From Hyaloraphidium curvatum SAG 235-1 (Eukaryota > Fungi > Monoblepharomycota): a stretch of 64,000 nt of DNA. A program made the translations under genes and the position numbers. Within the stretch, counting starts at the first letter, position 1, and every line of letters begins with the position of its first letter. Below are positions 37,843-49,861 of this stretch, one piece after another. The notes beneath the pieces were generated by a model. That model worked only from the letters and a program-made list of their open reading frames with translations, was not told the DNA's origin and made no database searches. The DNA lies in contig JAIVFI010000021.1 in the NCBI GenBank assembly GCA_025558095.1, positions 434,001-498,000 of the forward strand. Direction: 5' to 3'.

Positions 37843-39540
37843 CTATGGCGCGCGGTGTTGGACCACGAAGCCTCGGTACATGGCGTGTTTCCTGTCGAAG
37901 TCTTGGTGGAGATGAGAAAACCCTGCATCGATCACAACCACGATCTGCGCCAGGTTGAACATGAGCGTCACGGCATAGAAGAAGTTGCTGTTTGCCGATC
38001 CGGCCCAGATCCAGAGGAAGTGGACCGTGGGCCCCAGAATGGCGCTGAGCAGAAAGAACATTGCGGTGGCAAACGGGTTGCGCATGTCTGATGGATGGGC
38101 GCGTGAGGCGTTGTGTGCCTCGAAAGGAGGCTACAGTACCCACACTCGACAACTCCGAGGTGGATCACCAGCAACGGGAAGTACAGAAGAGTGTCGCCCA
38201 GGGAGGGATAGGAACGAAAGATCGAGATGGTGCTCATGATCATGGCGGCCGCAAAGCTTGGGTTTTCCCTTTGGTGATCGGACTTTTAGGACATAGCCTG
38301 CATGCTACCACAAGTACTCGCTTCCATTTGAGTAGAATCGGTGTTGTGAAGACTACTGCTTGAAGTTGGAAGACGATGAGGAAGAACCTCCTGAAGTCTT
38401 GAAAGATCTCGATGAAGAAGTACCACCATAGTCCAGCATTCGGTGTCAGATCCCAAACAGACAACCTGACAGCGTCTTGCCATCAGAGAAGTATGAAACC
38501 GGTCCAAAGCGAGGCCCTCTCACAGGAAACTGTATACGCTACGAAGGAACGCCCACGACCCAGCCGCGAACCGCGACAGCACCAGCAGTACTCCCAGGCA
38601 TTCAGCATAGAGAAGCGCACCCTGCCCGGTTGGTTTGGGTGATCGTCCAGATTGTGTTCAGGACCCAGTTCGCATTTTCTCACCTTGGTTGACGCCTCAG
38701 TCATCAATGCTAGACAGGGCAGCAAAAGGAGTGTCGGATGCATTGACAGGTAAGACACCGCTGCCAGCGAAAACATCGACAGATGCCAGTAGCCTGAATG
38801 GCGATGCTGTTTGGCGTCCCGTCATATGTTTCTCCGCCCCATGCAACCTACCCTCTGCCGCAGAGGCGATAGCAACTGAGACAGCAACATTGCTAAAGCA
38901 TGACGTGGATCGCGCGATGCAGTTCGCAACCGAAAGGGGGTTGAGGAGGAAAGCAAGTCCTCCGGCCGAAGGGCCGATCCTTCTCGTCAGCGCTTGGAAC
39001 TCTATGCGCCCCGCTGCCTTCATCGACATCGCTTCGCCGATCAGCTTGTCGCGAGCATTCTCCTCGGCAGATATCCGTTGCTCGATGACATCGGCGTTCG
39101 GAATGGCACGGCCGAGGCGGACCAGAGCAACCGCGGTGACGGCGTCGGAAGCCGCATAGATGACGGACACGACCAACGCTGGCAAATTCTGAAGGAACTC
39201 GAAAAAATAGAGCATCAGCGGAGGCTGGAGAGTGCGCAGTTGACGTTAGCTTCTTGAAGGCTGACTGACGTGCTCCTGCACCGTACATGGTGCAGGAGGT
39301 CTCCATCGTAAGCAGAAAGGCCGCTCCGCCTAAGGAAGACGCCCTCTTCCACTGCGGGATACCGGAGGAGTTTCATTCATTCGCCGTTCGAGGCTTGAAC
39401 GCGCGTGGCCTACAGCGCTGGTAGCTGGAATCCGGAGTCGAGAGCTCGATTCGTCCGACGAGCGAGTCGCGATCCATAACAAGGGGAAGAACGATTCGCA
39501 AGAGGAAGCCAAGGAGGAATAGGAGCCGAGGGCTCGGCAT
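37843..39540 (-). CDS. GAB1: GPI transamidase subunit PIG-U/GAB1
   Basis: RIELSTP, LLNPLSVANC, DLTPNAGLWWYFFIEIF, SYPSLGD, LWIWAGSANSNFFYAVTL. Confidence 0.92.
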
Positions 39541-39988
39541 CCTGTCTCGCCGCGGGACCAGCGCAGTCGGTGCGCGCGGAGCAAGTCCCTGGCTGCACCA
39601 CAAATCACACATCTTCTCCTCTCCGACCCCTTCCTCTTCGATGGAACGAACCTGCACGGTAGGGCAGAATCCCGCTTAACTTTGGCCACGGCTGGACCGC
39701 TGCGAGGGCGGAGCTGGTAAGGACGATCTCGACATCGCGGAGGCTGATCTTTCATGGAGGTACCTGAGCGCCAAAGCAGAGACCCCATGGACGACCATGA
39801 CGAGCAAGGACATATTCTAACGGAGCATCTTAATCACGATCGTTTGAGTTGCTTCACTGAAGGAATACACGGAAGGGAGCTGCGTCAGATAGGTCGCGAA
39901 GAAACGTTCAAACCTGGAGCGGTGGCCAAAACTCACGCTGGAGAGAGGAAGCGTTAGTGCAGGCCTGGCGGAGGAGACGAAACACCGA

Positions 39989-40528
39989 CTAGTTCACGCT
40001 AATGAGGTAATCCGCCAGGCCTTCGACGACCTTCGTGCACTCCCCAGGCTGGATAGGCTCCTCGTACTCCCCGATGATCACCGCTTGCTTCGTCTTCACG
40101 CAGGCAATGCCTCCCGCACCTGCGCATCCTTAAGAATGCCATTCATGGCAGTTGGACCAGACGTCTTACCCTTCTTGCCATAAATGGAGCGGTCGTCGGC
40201 CCTGAGCACGATGTACTTTCGGATGTGAACAGAAACTGAGTAGTAGTTAATCGTGATGAAGCAGTTCAAGGCACCTTCACGCCTGCAAGAGTGAGACCGC
40301 TTGCACGAGCCCCCGACGGGTCCTTGAAGGCCTTGAAGAGAGCTTGAAACTCCGGCGCCGAAATCTGCAGTTCCACATGGAATCGCGCCCGAAGCACATC
40401 TACACAGCCCAACCGACCGCGAAGCCCTTCGATGTTGCCCACAAGCTCCCGTCGTGTCCGTGAATCGCGGCCTTGGTCACCTTCGCGGTCCCGAGGAGGT
40501 TGTTGTCGACGTACGCTTGCCAGGACAT
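39989..40528 (-). CDS. PFY1: Profilin
   Basis: [14 protein letters not shown]...[15 protein letters not shown]...[36 protein letters not shown]. Confidence 0.95.
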
Positions 40529-40724
40529 CTTGGCGAGTCGGCCGCTGCGCGACATGAGATCCGAGAATTAAAAGCAGACTGGACGGATCTCACGTTATCA
40601 GAAAGGAGAGTGGAACAAGCTGTCTGCGGGCGCCGGGGTCGGAGTCCGAGTCCGATAAACGCGCGCGGGCGCCGCCGACGCGGTGGCCGACGCGTCCACA
40701 CACGACAGGTGGACGCGCCAAATC

Positions 40725-42178
40725 ATGTCTTTTCTATTCAAAACGAAGCCAAGAGCTCCACCGGATCTCGTGCGCCAGACCAAGGATGCAATTCATCGGA
40801 TCGAACGCGACCCTGAGCGGAGAAAGGTGTTCTAGATCACTGAGGCCACTAGATTCTTCAGACTCAATCGGAGCTTTCTCACGCCCTACTTCTCTCGTGC
40901 AAGCCCGCGGAAGACCTTGCCAAATGCCTTTTGGAAATGAAGCGCGTTCTGCATGGTGGCGGAGGTGGCTTCCATCCACGCGCGCTGCGCAGATTCGGCG
41001 GCGTCGAAGCCAATCGTAAACCGCACAGATACGCCCCCGAATCCGGAACAGAATTCCCTCCTAGCCCAGGAGATTTACTCGCAGGACATTCTTCCTCTCG
41101 TTGTGGCTAATATGGGGAGCCTTGATTTCGAGGTACACTCGTCCGCGCCCCCATGGCCTCGGAGGCGTTCATATCGTTGTTGGGATGTCCCGCTGCAGTC
41201 TCGCAAGGATGTTGTTCAAATACTCGGCAGCTTGCTTCGAAGACAAATTGGCACAAGGTTCCCAACCGTGGAGTACCTTGTGTCGAAGGAGGATACCCTC
41301 GCCCTCCTCGTCTGCGGGTTGTGTTCGTGCCTGAAGGCTGCTGCACACAATCTCATGCGTTTTTTGTCCAGATACGATAATCCAGATATCGCATTGCACT
41401 GCGGGGCCATCTTGCGCGAGGTTGCAAAACACGAAGCGTTGACCAAACTGATCCTGACGTCGCAATCCATTTGGTGCTTCTTTCGTTGGCTCGATGCTCC
41501 GGCGTTTGATCTTGCGAGCGACGCATGGGCAACGTTTCGAGTAAGCTCAAGTTTCATTACCGAATCTTCGTGTCCTGAAAGTCGTCCAGGAGCTGCTGAT
41601 TTGCCACAAGCAAATCGCGTTCGAGTTCTTGAATGCCAACTTCGCGGACGTGAGTCCCTCAAAAGACGTGCACCCTCGCGCTAATGTGGCTGGATGATAG
41701 TTCTTTGCTGGCCTTGGCAAGCTGCTGGAGTCTCCTTCGTACCTGAGTCGATTGCTGTCGCTGCGGCTCTTGTCCGAAATTCTGCTCGAACGCACGAATC
41801 ATCCGGTTTTGGAGCGTTGGACTTCGGATGCCGACCACCTGAAGCGAATCATGACACTGCTACGTGACAAGAGCCGCGGGATCGCAACGGAAGCGTTTGG
41901 CATTTTCAAGGCATGCCTTCTTCCAGTGAAAAAGAGACCATCTCGTTGACGCTACAGGCCGTTAGATCTTTGTTGCGACGCCGGACAAAAGCCCCGCGAT
42001 CGCGGACATTCTCCGGAAGAACAAAGAAAGGCTCGTGTTGTTCTTGGGGTCATTCGCTGATCGATCAGGTGCGTTCCGTCAGACGACCGGGGAGGTGCCT
42101 CCGTAACTTGAACGCCCAGACGACGAGCGTCTCGTAGAGGAAAAGATGTCAATTCTTCAGCAGATCGAAGCGATGTGA
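40725..42178 (+). CDS. HYM1: Mo25/CAB39/HYM1 family protein
   Basis: MSFLFKTKPRAPPDLVR; LAQEIYS; RKDVVQI; YDNPDIALHCGAILRE; FDLASDAWATF; SLRLLSEILLER. Confidence 0.93.
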
Positions 42179-42188
42179 CCCGTTTACA

Positions 42189-43337
42189 TCAAGTCTTTGG
42201 CTTCTTCGCGTTGGCCGCATGGGAATCCGCTCTCGGCTTGCGCTTTACTAGGGCGGAATTCAGAGTTGCAGCCTCGGCAGCCCGTGCGACCGGCATCTCG
42301 CCCGCGTTTGCATCACCGTTCCCGGCGACTGCAACGTCAACAACAACAGATCCTCTTGGCCATGTCGCCAATACATTGCTCGATGACGTGACACTGAGCT
42401 GCTGCGATGACCAATCGCTGACGGCCAGTGCCGTCGTGAGCGTGCTCCACTCTTCGTCGGTCAATGAGTTACGGGATTCAGTGTCATTGGCCGCGGAAGC
42501 TGGCTCATCCAAGAGCACCCAAAGAAAACCACCTCCTCCGGCATCCTGTGCCAATCCACCGACTTCCCAGAGCTCCTGGACGGTAGTGTGCTTCCCAAGC
42601 TCCTTCAAAAGGCGTCCTTTGGGATCGTCCGCAAACGCATGAATGACATCCGCGGCATTCGCAAAGGGGTCATATGGGTACCCAATCGTCCAACCCAGTT
42701 CGGCCGCAGTACGAAGCGCCTTTGACGCGGATGCACCGTCTTCTCCGGGGACATACGCCGTTTTGCTCGCCCCAACGCAATCGCGAACGGCCAGGTCCAA
42801 AGTGAGGAGCCACCATCGCGTCAGCTGGGCCGGCTGCAGCACTTGCTTGGAATTGCGCTTCGACGAGAGAGGGAAGATGTACTCGGGCTGCGGCCTCGCG
42901 AAGCAATGGATGCTTGTGTGCTTCTTCCGAGACAGCGCGAGCAAGAGCTTCAAGGACGCGGCCACGCATGCCCGAGTCATCGACGGCCGTGAAGACGGTG
43001 GGCGGATGCCGGTGGAATCGACCTTTTCCACGTGCAGGATGCAGGTGTCGGGGGAGCTGTACTCTGCGACAACCATGCCCGCTACCAGAATCTCGTCCCG
43101 GGACTGCCCCGCCATGTTCGCTCCCTCTTGCTTCGAGCCGTCGACGACGTCCACGGGGGCAGTCCCGTCGGCGGTGGAGTATAGGAACAGCCACCTCCTC
43201 CGAGTCCAGGGACCCGTGTCCCGCGACACGGGAGGATCGCAGGCCGCGGCGGGAGACGCAGCCGCGCGGAAGCGCACTGTGGTAGGAGCCGCCATGGCGG
43301 GAAGAAGATCGCCAAGGAGCTTTGCGGCGGAATCCAT
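42189..43337 (-). CDS. RTT109: Histone H3K56 acetyltransferase RTT109
   Basis: LHVEKVDSTG, IHCFARPQPEYIFPLSS, LTRWW, FADDPKGRLL. Confidence 0.85.
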   Translation of the reverse strand: MDSAAKLLGDLLPAMAAPTTVRFRAAASPAAACDPPVSRDTGPWTRRRWLFLYSTADGTAPVDVVDGSKQEGANMAGQSRDEILVAGMVVAEYSSPDTCILHVEKVDSTGIRPPSSRPSMTRACVAASLKLLLALSRKKHTSIHCFARPQPEYIFPLSSKRNSKQVLQPAQLTRWWLLTLDLAVRDCVGASKTAYVPGEDGASASKALRTAAELGWTIGYPYDPFANAADVIHAFADDPKGRLLKELGKHTTVQELWEVGGLAQDAGGGGFLWVLLDEPASAANDTESRNSLTDEEWSTLTTALAVSDWSSQQLSVTSSSNVLATWPRGSVVVDVAVAGNGDANAGEMPVARAAEAATLNSALVKRKPRADSHAANAKKPKT

Positions 43338-43413
43338 CTCGGTCTTCTTCGTTTGGTTGTGAGCTCGATGGGGCGAGTGACAGTAGTAGGACATCACCGA
43401 CAGACCGACAGCG

Positions 43414-44165
43414 ATGTGCGACTCCAGCATGTGCGACTCCAGCCATATGGACGCAGCCCTGTTGCAGGCATGTTTAAGCAACGCACGTGTTGGGAGGGTC
43501 CTGAGATGGCCGGCAGGCGGAGTCGGCTCTGGAGGTGGACGAGGTGCCCGTTGGCTGCGTCGTTGTCGATTCCTCGGGCAACATCATTGCCAGCGGGAGG
43601 AACGCGACAAACGAGACGCTGAATGTAAGAATGGTCATCGTCAGAAGCTCTCCCGCAAGCCGAGTCGTTGCTGCAGGGGACGGCCCACGCCGAGTTCGTG
43701 GCAATCAATTCTCTGGAGCCGCGGGACTTCACCGATTGCGAGCTCTACGTAACGGTGGAGCCGTGCATCATGTGTGCCTCTGCCTTGAGACAGCTGCGGT
43801 TTCGAAACGTGTTTTTTGGCTGTTGGAACGAAAAGTTCGGCGGTTGTGGGGGTGTGACGAGAGTGCATGCGGAGTAAGGCCGGCGAGGGATGGCAAGGTT
43901 GCATCGCTAAGTGGATGTGATCCAGGCCCAGCTCTCCAGATCCTATTCTAAAGGCATATGGCGGCCACGGCAAGAATGAGGCGATCATGCTTCTGCGGCG
44001 GTTCTACCTCAAGGAGAACTTCAACGGTAGGCCACGATTCCCGGCACGTGAATCCGCATTGAGCTCTTTGAAGCTCCAGAGCCGAAGAAGAAGTCTAATC
44101 GGACATTGAAGGAGCTGGATAAGGGGGGGGGTTGGCTTGACAGGCAGCACAAGAGATATCAATAG
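43414..44165 (+). CDS. TAD2: tRNA-specific adenosine deaminase subunit TAD2/ADAT2
   Basis: EVPVGCVVV...GRNATNETLN/GTAHAEFVAI...TVEPCIMCASAL...NEKFGGCG...LLRRFYLKEN. Start codon uncertain because of a 15-bp tandem duplication at 43414-43443. Confidence 0.92.
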
Positions 44166-44237
44166 CTTCTACTACTCTACCATACATTCTTCCCCAGTCT
44201 TCTCCGTCTTCTCCCCCCGTCTCCGACGAGAGACGCA

Positions 44238-45939
44238 ATGAGGCTGTCGATAACAACGGAAGCCGGCGAGCTCCACAGCCTGTCGTTGCCTCCGTCCTTG
44301 GATCTTGCGTCCCTGCGAGCGCTCGTCGCTGCGGAACTCTCGGCTGCCAACGCGAGCTCCGTTGTGCTCTTGCACAATGGCGCGGTGCTCGACGGCGACG
44401 CCAGGACATTGCTGGAGCTGGGCGTCGTGGAAGACGATATTCTACTCGTTCGCATCGGCCCAACGAGACCGGCTGCGGTGGCGGACACCGCGGAGCTTGC
44501 GAGACTTCAGCTGCTCGCGGATGCCGGAGCCCTGGAGCGGCTCGCAAGGGCTCAGCCGGCTGTGGCGGACGCGGCCCTTAACAACCCCACTGAGTTCCGA
44601 AGGATGTTTCGGGAGCTGGAACGGGCTCGTCGGGAGGCCGAGGAGCGGAGGGCCACCGAACTGGTGGGTACGCGTTTCCAACGCGCGGATATCTGCCTCC
44701 TGATTCGTCGCACACGGGCAGGCGCGGCTCGACAACGCGGATCCCTTCGACATGGAAGCGCAGCGCAAGATCGAAGAGATGATACGGCAGGAGCAGGTAC
44801 AGGAAAACATGGAGGTGGGACGGCGTGGCGGCTTGCAGCCGTCCGACGCTCACTTGCATGCGGTGTCCTCTTCGTTTGCCATTTGTGAAGCTTGCGATGG
44901 AGCACAACCCTGAGGCTTTCGGCCGGGTGACTATGCTGTACATTGACTGTCAAGTCAACGGCCACAGCGTGAAGGCCTTTGTCGACTCTGGTAAATTCCG
45001 TCGATGGCGAGAAAGTGGCGCAACGTAACGAAGCCGTGCATTCTAGGTGCGCAGGCAACAATCAGTTGAGTCAGCTTGTCATCTAGCGATCGTCTCCGGC
45101 TTACTTTCTGGTCCGCCGGTTCCGGCCTTTTGCTTCCGCCAATCGCCCAGTGAGCCCTGAATGTGCGGAAGCATGCGGGTACGTCATCGAGTGCTAAGCA
45201 GACGCGCGTGCGCTGGAGATTAATCGGAACCGTCAAAAGAATCATGCGACTTTTGGACTCGCGCTTCGCTGGCATTGCGCGCGGCGTAGGGACCGCCAAA
45301 ATCCTCGGGCGCGTGCACTCTGCGCCTATGAAGGTCGGGGACAAGTACTTTAGCTGTTCGTTCACGGTCATGGAGGGCAAGGGGGTGGATCTGCTCTTTG
45401 GCCTCGACATGCTCAGGCGGCACCAGGTTGTTCTGCCCGCCAAACTTCTGACCAACTCACCTGACCTGCTGCCTCAACGTGCTTCAGGCCGTGATTGACT
45501 TGGGAGAGAACTGTCTCCGGATGTACGATCAAGCGGTGCCTTTCCTTTCGGAGCATGAGCTACCCGAAAAGGCGCGCTGGGAAGGGGCCGACGAAGCCGA
45601 TCCGGCGGCGGAAGGGGCGGTCACCCCGGGTTCTCTCGCAGCGGCCGGTGGCCCGACACCTGCAGCCGCGACCGCTGCAGCCTCGCCTGCGGTACAGGCA
45701 CCGCAGCAGCCCCAGCCCAGCATCACGCTACCGGTGCCGGCCTCGCGGATCGCCCCATCTCGCGGCAGCGTGAACGAGGAGCACGTTTCCACGCTCATGG
45801 CTCTTGGAGCGTCGCGGGAAGAGGCAATCAGGGCCTTGGAGTGGGTTTCGCGCCTGGGATGCTGTCACTGGCACTTATGCTGCAGCTACGCAGAGCCGCA
45901 GGGGGGAACGTAGACCTCGCTGCGTCGCTGATGTTTTAG
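44238..45939 (+). CDS. DDI1: DNA damage-inducible protein 1 (UBL-RVP-UBA)
   Basis: N-terminal UBL; [13 protein letters not shown]; [28 protein letters not shown]; [12 protein letters not shown]; C-terminal UBA. Confidence 0.95.
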
Positions 45940-46184
45940 CCGGGGTGCCGGGTATGCTGGAACATGGGTCGTTTGCAGTGTGGCGTTCTGCGAAGCAATG
46001 ATTCCTGAAAGCCAGACTCCTTCCCCGCGCGGCCTCGAAGCTCCCTTTTTTGCCTTGTCGTCCGCCTCGCGGAGGGGTCGATGGAGTGTTCCTTCGCAAA
46101 AGGAGCCGAGAAATGGAAAAGACAGAGTGTTGGCCAGGGCCTAAGAATCATTCTTCAGTGCCTGATTCCTCCGGTTGAAGCATT

Positions 46185-46270
46185 CCGACCTTGGCGCAGT
46201 TGGTTTAGCGCATGGCGCTGTAAAGGCTTGTGGTACGCCGGGGTCCCGTGTTCAAATCACGGAGGTCGGA
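46185..46270 (+). tRNA. tRNA-Tyr(GTA) with ~11-nt intron
   Basis: CCGACCT-TG-GCGCAGTTGGTTTAGCGC-A-TGGCG-CTGTAA[AGGCTTGTGGT]A-CGCCG-GGGTC-CCGTG-TTCAAAT-CACGG-AGGTCGG-A; C1:G72 and A73 Tyr identity; TTTT just downstream. Confidence 0.92.
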
Positions 46271-46779
46271 ACTCTTTTCGCGTTGTTCCCGAGCCATGTC
46301 TTCAGAGGCAAACTGATCTACTCGACGCTGACTCGACGTGTTGGGCTCCGTTTAGCGTTTTTCGGAGTCGGAGCGGGTCCATTGTCCTCAAACTGGTCGG
46401 CAGCCCCAGTGCCACCGTGATGCGTGAAGATTTTACTCTGCCGTGTGTTTCTCACGCCTAAATGAACCCAGCCTCGACTGCTTTTTTCTTTGCTCCCTCG
46501 AGCTCCTTGGGGGTTGGGGAGTTTTAGAGGCAGGGCACTGGGACTAAGGGGATGATGTGACGTGATGATCGAGGTGCGCCTTTCGGCCGCGGTGCTGTCC
46601 CATCTTCTCCAGCCTGCGCCCCGCCTCGGCGTAAAAACGATCTAGAGCGTGGGATCCCGTTGCTTGGGCCGCTTTTCCGCGGAGAATCTCTGGGCCGCTT
46701 TTCCACGGAGAATCTCCCTCTGGGACCCCGGCGTCTCCCAGCCTACCTCACCCGCACGAAATGGGAGCTGACGTTGGAC

Positions 46780-48100
46780 ATGTCTGACAAACTGCGTTCA
46801 TGGTGGTCCGGGACGTTTGGGGATGGGACCGCTGCGAACGGGACTAAGGGGTCCTCGGGGCTTCATGCGACGGTGTCTTCGCTTCAGCCGGTGACTGTGC
46901 CAGCTCGGCGTCGGATCTTTGTCAATCTCCCTCAGCCTGACTCGTTTTTGGATGCTGCTGGCTTCCCCTCCGTGCAATTCCCGAGCAACGAGGTCTCCAC
47001 AGCCAAGTGAGTGCCTGGACCGCTACTGAATGACGTGCATCTGGAAACTCCTGGCAGATATTCAATCATCACCTTCCTACCCAAGAACCTCTGGGAACAG
47101 TTCCATCGCATTGCGAACGGTAAGTGTCGCGGTTCTCCGTCGGAAAGCCGACGATTTGACGCGCCGCCCAGTGTTCTTCCTGGCCATGGCGGTGTCCCAG
47201 GTGTTCCCGGTCTTCCAGGTCACCAACGCGTTCATGCCCTTCGTGCCCCTGGTCATCGTGCTCACGCTGACGGCCTTGAAGGACGGATGGGAGGACTACA
47301 AGCGCCACAAGTCGGACAAGGAGCTCAACAACAGCTTGACGCGACGTCTGGCCCGGCATCACAACGTGAACTACCTCGCCGAGGAGCTGGACGACCGTCG
47401 GCCGTGCTTTGATGGTACCTTGTTCTGGAAGACCATCGACAACCTGCTGGCGGTGCTGCCTTGCTGCGAGTCGTGCCTGAGGCCCCACATGCAGCGCCGC
47501 AGAGCCAAAGTCCTTGCCCGCCAAGATGAGCTGCTACGGGAGAACCATGGGTACGCCGTGGCGGATGCGCCTAGTTCCTTTTCGAAACCTGAAGCGTACG
47601 AAGAGGAATGGCCGGTCGTGACTTGGTCCGACCTCCGTGTCGGGGATTTCGTCTTTTTGAGGAAAAACGACCTGATCCCGGCCGATGTGGTGGTTCTGAG
47701 CACGTCGGATCCGGATAACCTGGCTTACGTGGAGACAAAGAACCTCGACGGCGAGACGAACTTGAAGTCAAAGGTCGGGCCTGTGGATCTACGGTTTCTC
47801 GACAGTGCCTACTCGTGCAGGGGCGCTAGATTCTGGCTTGACTCCGAGGGACCGAACCTGAATCTCTATACCTACTCTGGAGTAATAATGATTCCAACCG
47901 CCGCCGCCGCGGTAGGCGACGGATTGAACTCTTTGCACAGGTCGCCTTTGGCCGATCCCGCCGTTGACATGGGCGCCAAGGGCGCGGCGGAAACCAGCTC
48001 TATTCCGCGCGGCGTACCTCTGCCGGAGCACGCGGTTTCGCATTATGCGCGGAATGAATCTAATCCCTATATAGCAGACGACCTACAGTACCAGGAGCGC
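46780..48100 (+). pseudogene. 5' portion only of a P4-type ATPase (phospholipid flippase)
   Basis: FPSNEVSTAK/YSIITFLPKNLWEQFHRIAN, LKDGWEDYKRHKSD, LRVGDFV, IPADVVVLSTS, YVETKNLDGETNLK. No DKTGT phosphorylation domain follows. Confidence 0.85.
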
Positions 48101-48149
48101 TCCACTCATGCGCCTCCGGTCACGCCATGGCTTGGGCCCGCGCCTCCCC

Positions 48150-48819
48150 CGCGTTCCGCGCCCACCACATGCAAGACCCGGAGCTCTTCATCGCCGCCGC
48201 TCATTGCTTCGGGCTGCCCCGCATCGGCCGCCGCCACGTGCTGCAAGTGCAACCTCACGCTGGGCTCCCACGTCGTCGCCCACGCGCTCTCTTGCTCCTC
48301 CGGGGAATGGCTCCGCATCGGCAGTGGCTACGGGCGCCACAACCGCTGTCGCGATGCACTCAAGGCCCTGGTCGAGGAACCGCCCCGCGCCGCGCTCTCC
48401 GCCAAGATCGAGCCCAACCTCGCCCTGGAAGGTATCCCGCGCGCCCAGAACGCACCATTTGCAACCCCACGCGCATCTGGCACCGCTGGCACCCCTTCCT
48501 CGGCCGAGCAGAACCGGGCCGACCTCCTGATCAACCATTCCCTCACCAACGAGCGCCTCCTCGTGGACCTGTCGATCACAAACGACTCCTGTTGACGTAA
48601 TGGTGTCCGAGGTGCTCATGTCCCGGAGTGCTGACGGACAGACAGACGGTTGCCGAAGCATCGCCCGTTCCAGGTTTTAGTGTCGATGGCTTGCGCGCAC
48701 TCTTCACCTGCCGCGCACGCCAGCGCCTTTCCGTGGCATGCATGAAGGGCAACGCAGCCATCTATACCGCCTTCAAGGAGAAAGGATACCAAGTTCCGTC
48801 GGCCGCCGACGCGGCCTAA
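48150..48819 (+). mobile_element. 3' remnant of an RLE-type (CRE-like) non-LTR retrotransposon
   Basis: CCHC-type knuckle CKC...HALSC, RHN motif, RADLL...VDLSIT (PD-D-like nuclease core), C-terminal QRLSVACMKGNA; internal deletion and stop. Confidence 0.75.
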
Positions 48820-48865
48820 TTTATTGTACCGGCTAGCGCGTATTAGATCCGTCATGCATTAATCC

Positions 48866-49861
48866 CTATCCCGGCTCGGCCATCGGATCCACGATCGTGA
48901 CGTTGCAAGGGCTGCCTGCTTGGCCCTGGCTCGTCGCTTCCCGCACCGCCTTTTCGCGCGCGCGTTCCAACCCAGCCCTGCCGCCGGCCTCGGCACCCTG
49001 CTCCTCCCACTCGCAAAAATCAACGAGGCTCCCGGCCTCGGATGGCGCGATCGCGTGGTGCTGACCGATGCATCCGTGCTGCCCCAGATCTTGGAGCGGC
49101 AAGGGCGAGGCTCCGGCCGCCTCGAGCAGATCGCACCGCACTAGAAAGGCGTCCAGCATGTTCTGCACGTACGCGAGGCCGTACCCGTACGAGGTTGCCA
49201 GCATGTTCACCGAGGCGAGACCGGCGCCATACACCTTGGTGTAGTGGTTCGTTCCGTTGCGCATGTGGACCCCGGCGCCTTTCGCATCTGGTGCCACCGT
49301 GAGGCACGACGAGGCGGGGAGGTTGGAGTTGTACTCGATGGTGACGAGGCGGGGACGGTATCCGCACCGGAACAAGGCGCGCAGGATCCAGAGATCGAGG
49401 CCGTCGACGTCCACCGACAGATAATCGAGGTCCTGAGGCACGCGGTAGGTCCGGAACAGTCCGCACACGTTCTCGGGCGACAGCATGTGTTTCCGCAAAT
49501 TGATTGTAGCGTTTTCGTTGCCTCCATCCATGAGAAGTCCCCGCCAGCCTCGTAGATGAAGCTGGTAGGTGTTGGCACCGCTGCCCCCTTCGAAAGATAG
49601 AGCGTTGAAACCAAACTCCACGTAGAAAGGCTCAAGGCTGGTGCCAATAGCCTCAAAAATGGACCTTATGGCACCGTCTTGGCCGGCCTGCGAGGTGATC
49701 CTCGCCGGCACGACGCGGAGAGCCGGCAAGGATCCGGGCAAAGGGCAGACGGGAACGTGGGGCCCCGCAGAGAGTAGTTGCAGTATGTAGACCGTTACCA
49801 GACATCCAGCAACAGCCAACCACGACCGAGCTGGCCACCATTTGAACACCGCCGCCACCAT
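48866..49861 (-). CDS. FkbM-like (Methyltransf_21) type II membrane methyltransferase
   Basis: Signal anchor; SQAGQDGAIRSIF, FYVEFG, GWRGLLMDG, DYLSVDVDGLDLWIL, YRPRLVTIEYN. Confidence 0.85.
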   Translation of the reverse strand: MVAAVFKWWPARSWLAVAGCLVTVYILQLLSAGPHVPVCPLPGSLPALRVVPARITSQAGQDGAIRSIFEAIGTSLEPFYVEFGFNALSFEGGSGANTYQLHLRGWRGLLMDGGNENATINLRKHMLSPENVCGLFRTYRVPQDLDYLSVDVDGLDLWILRALFRCGYRPRLVTIEYNSNLPASSCLTVAPDAKGAGVHMRNGTNHYTKVYGAGLASVNMLATSYGYGLAYVQNMLDAFLVRCDLLEAAGASPLPLQDLGQHGCIGQHHAIAPSEAGSLVDFCEWEEQGAEAGGRAGLERAREKAVREATSQGQAGSPCNVTIVDPMAEPG

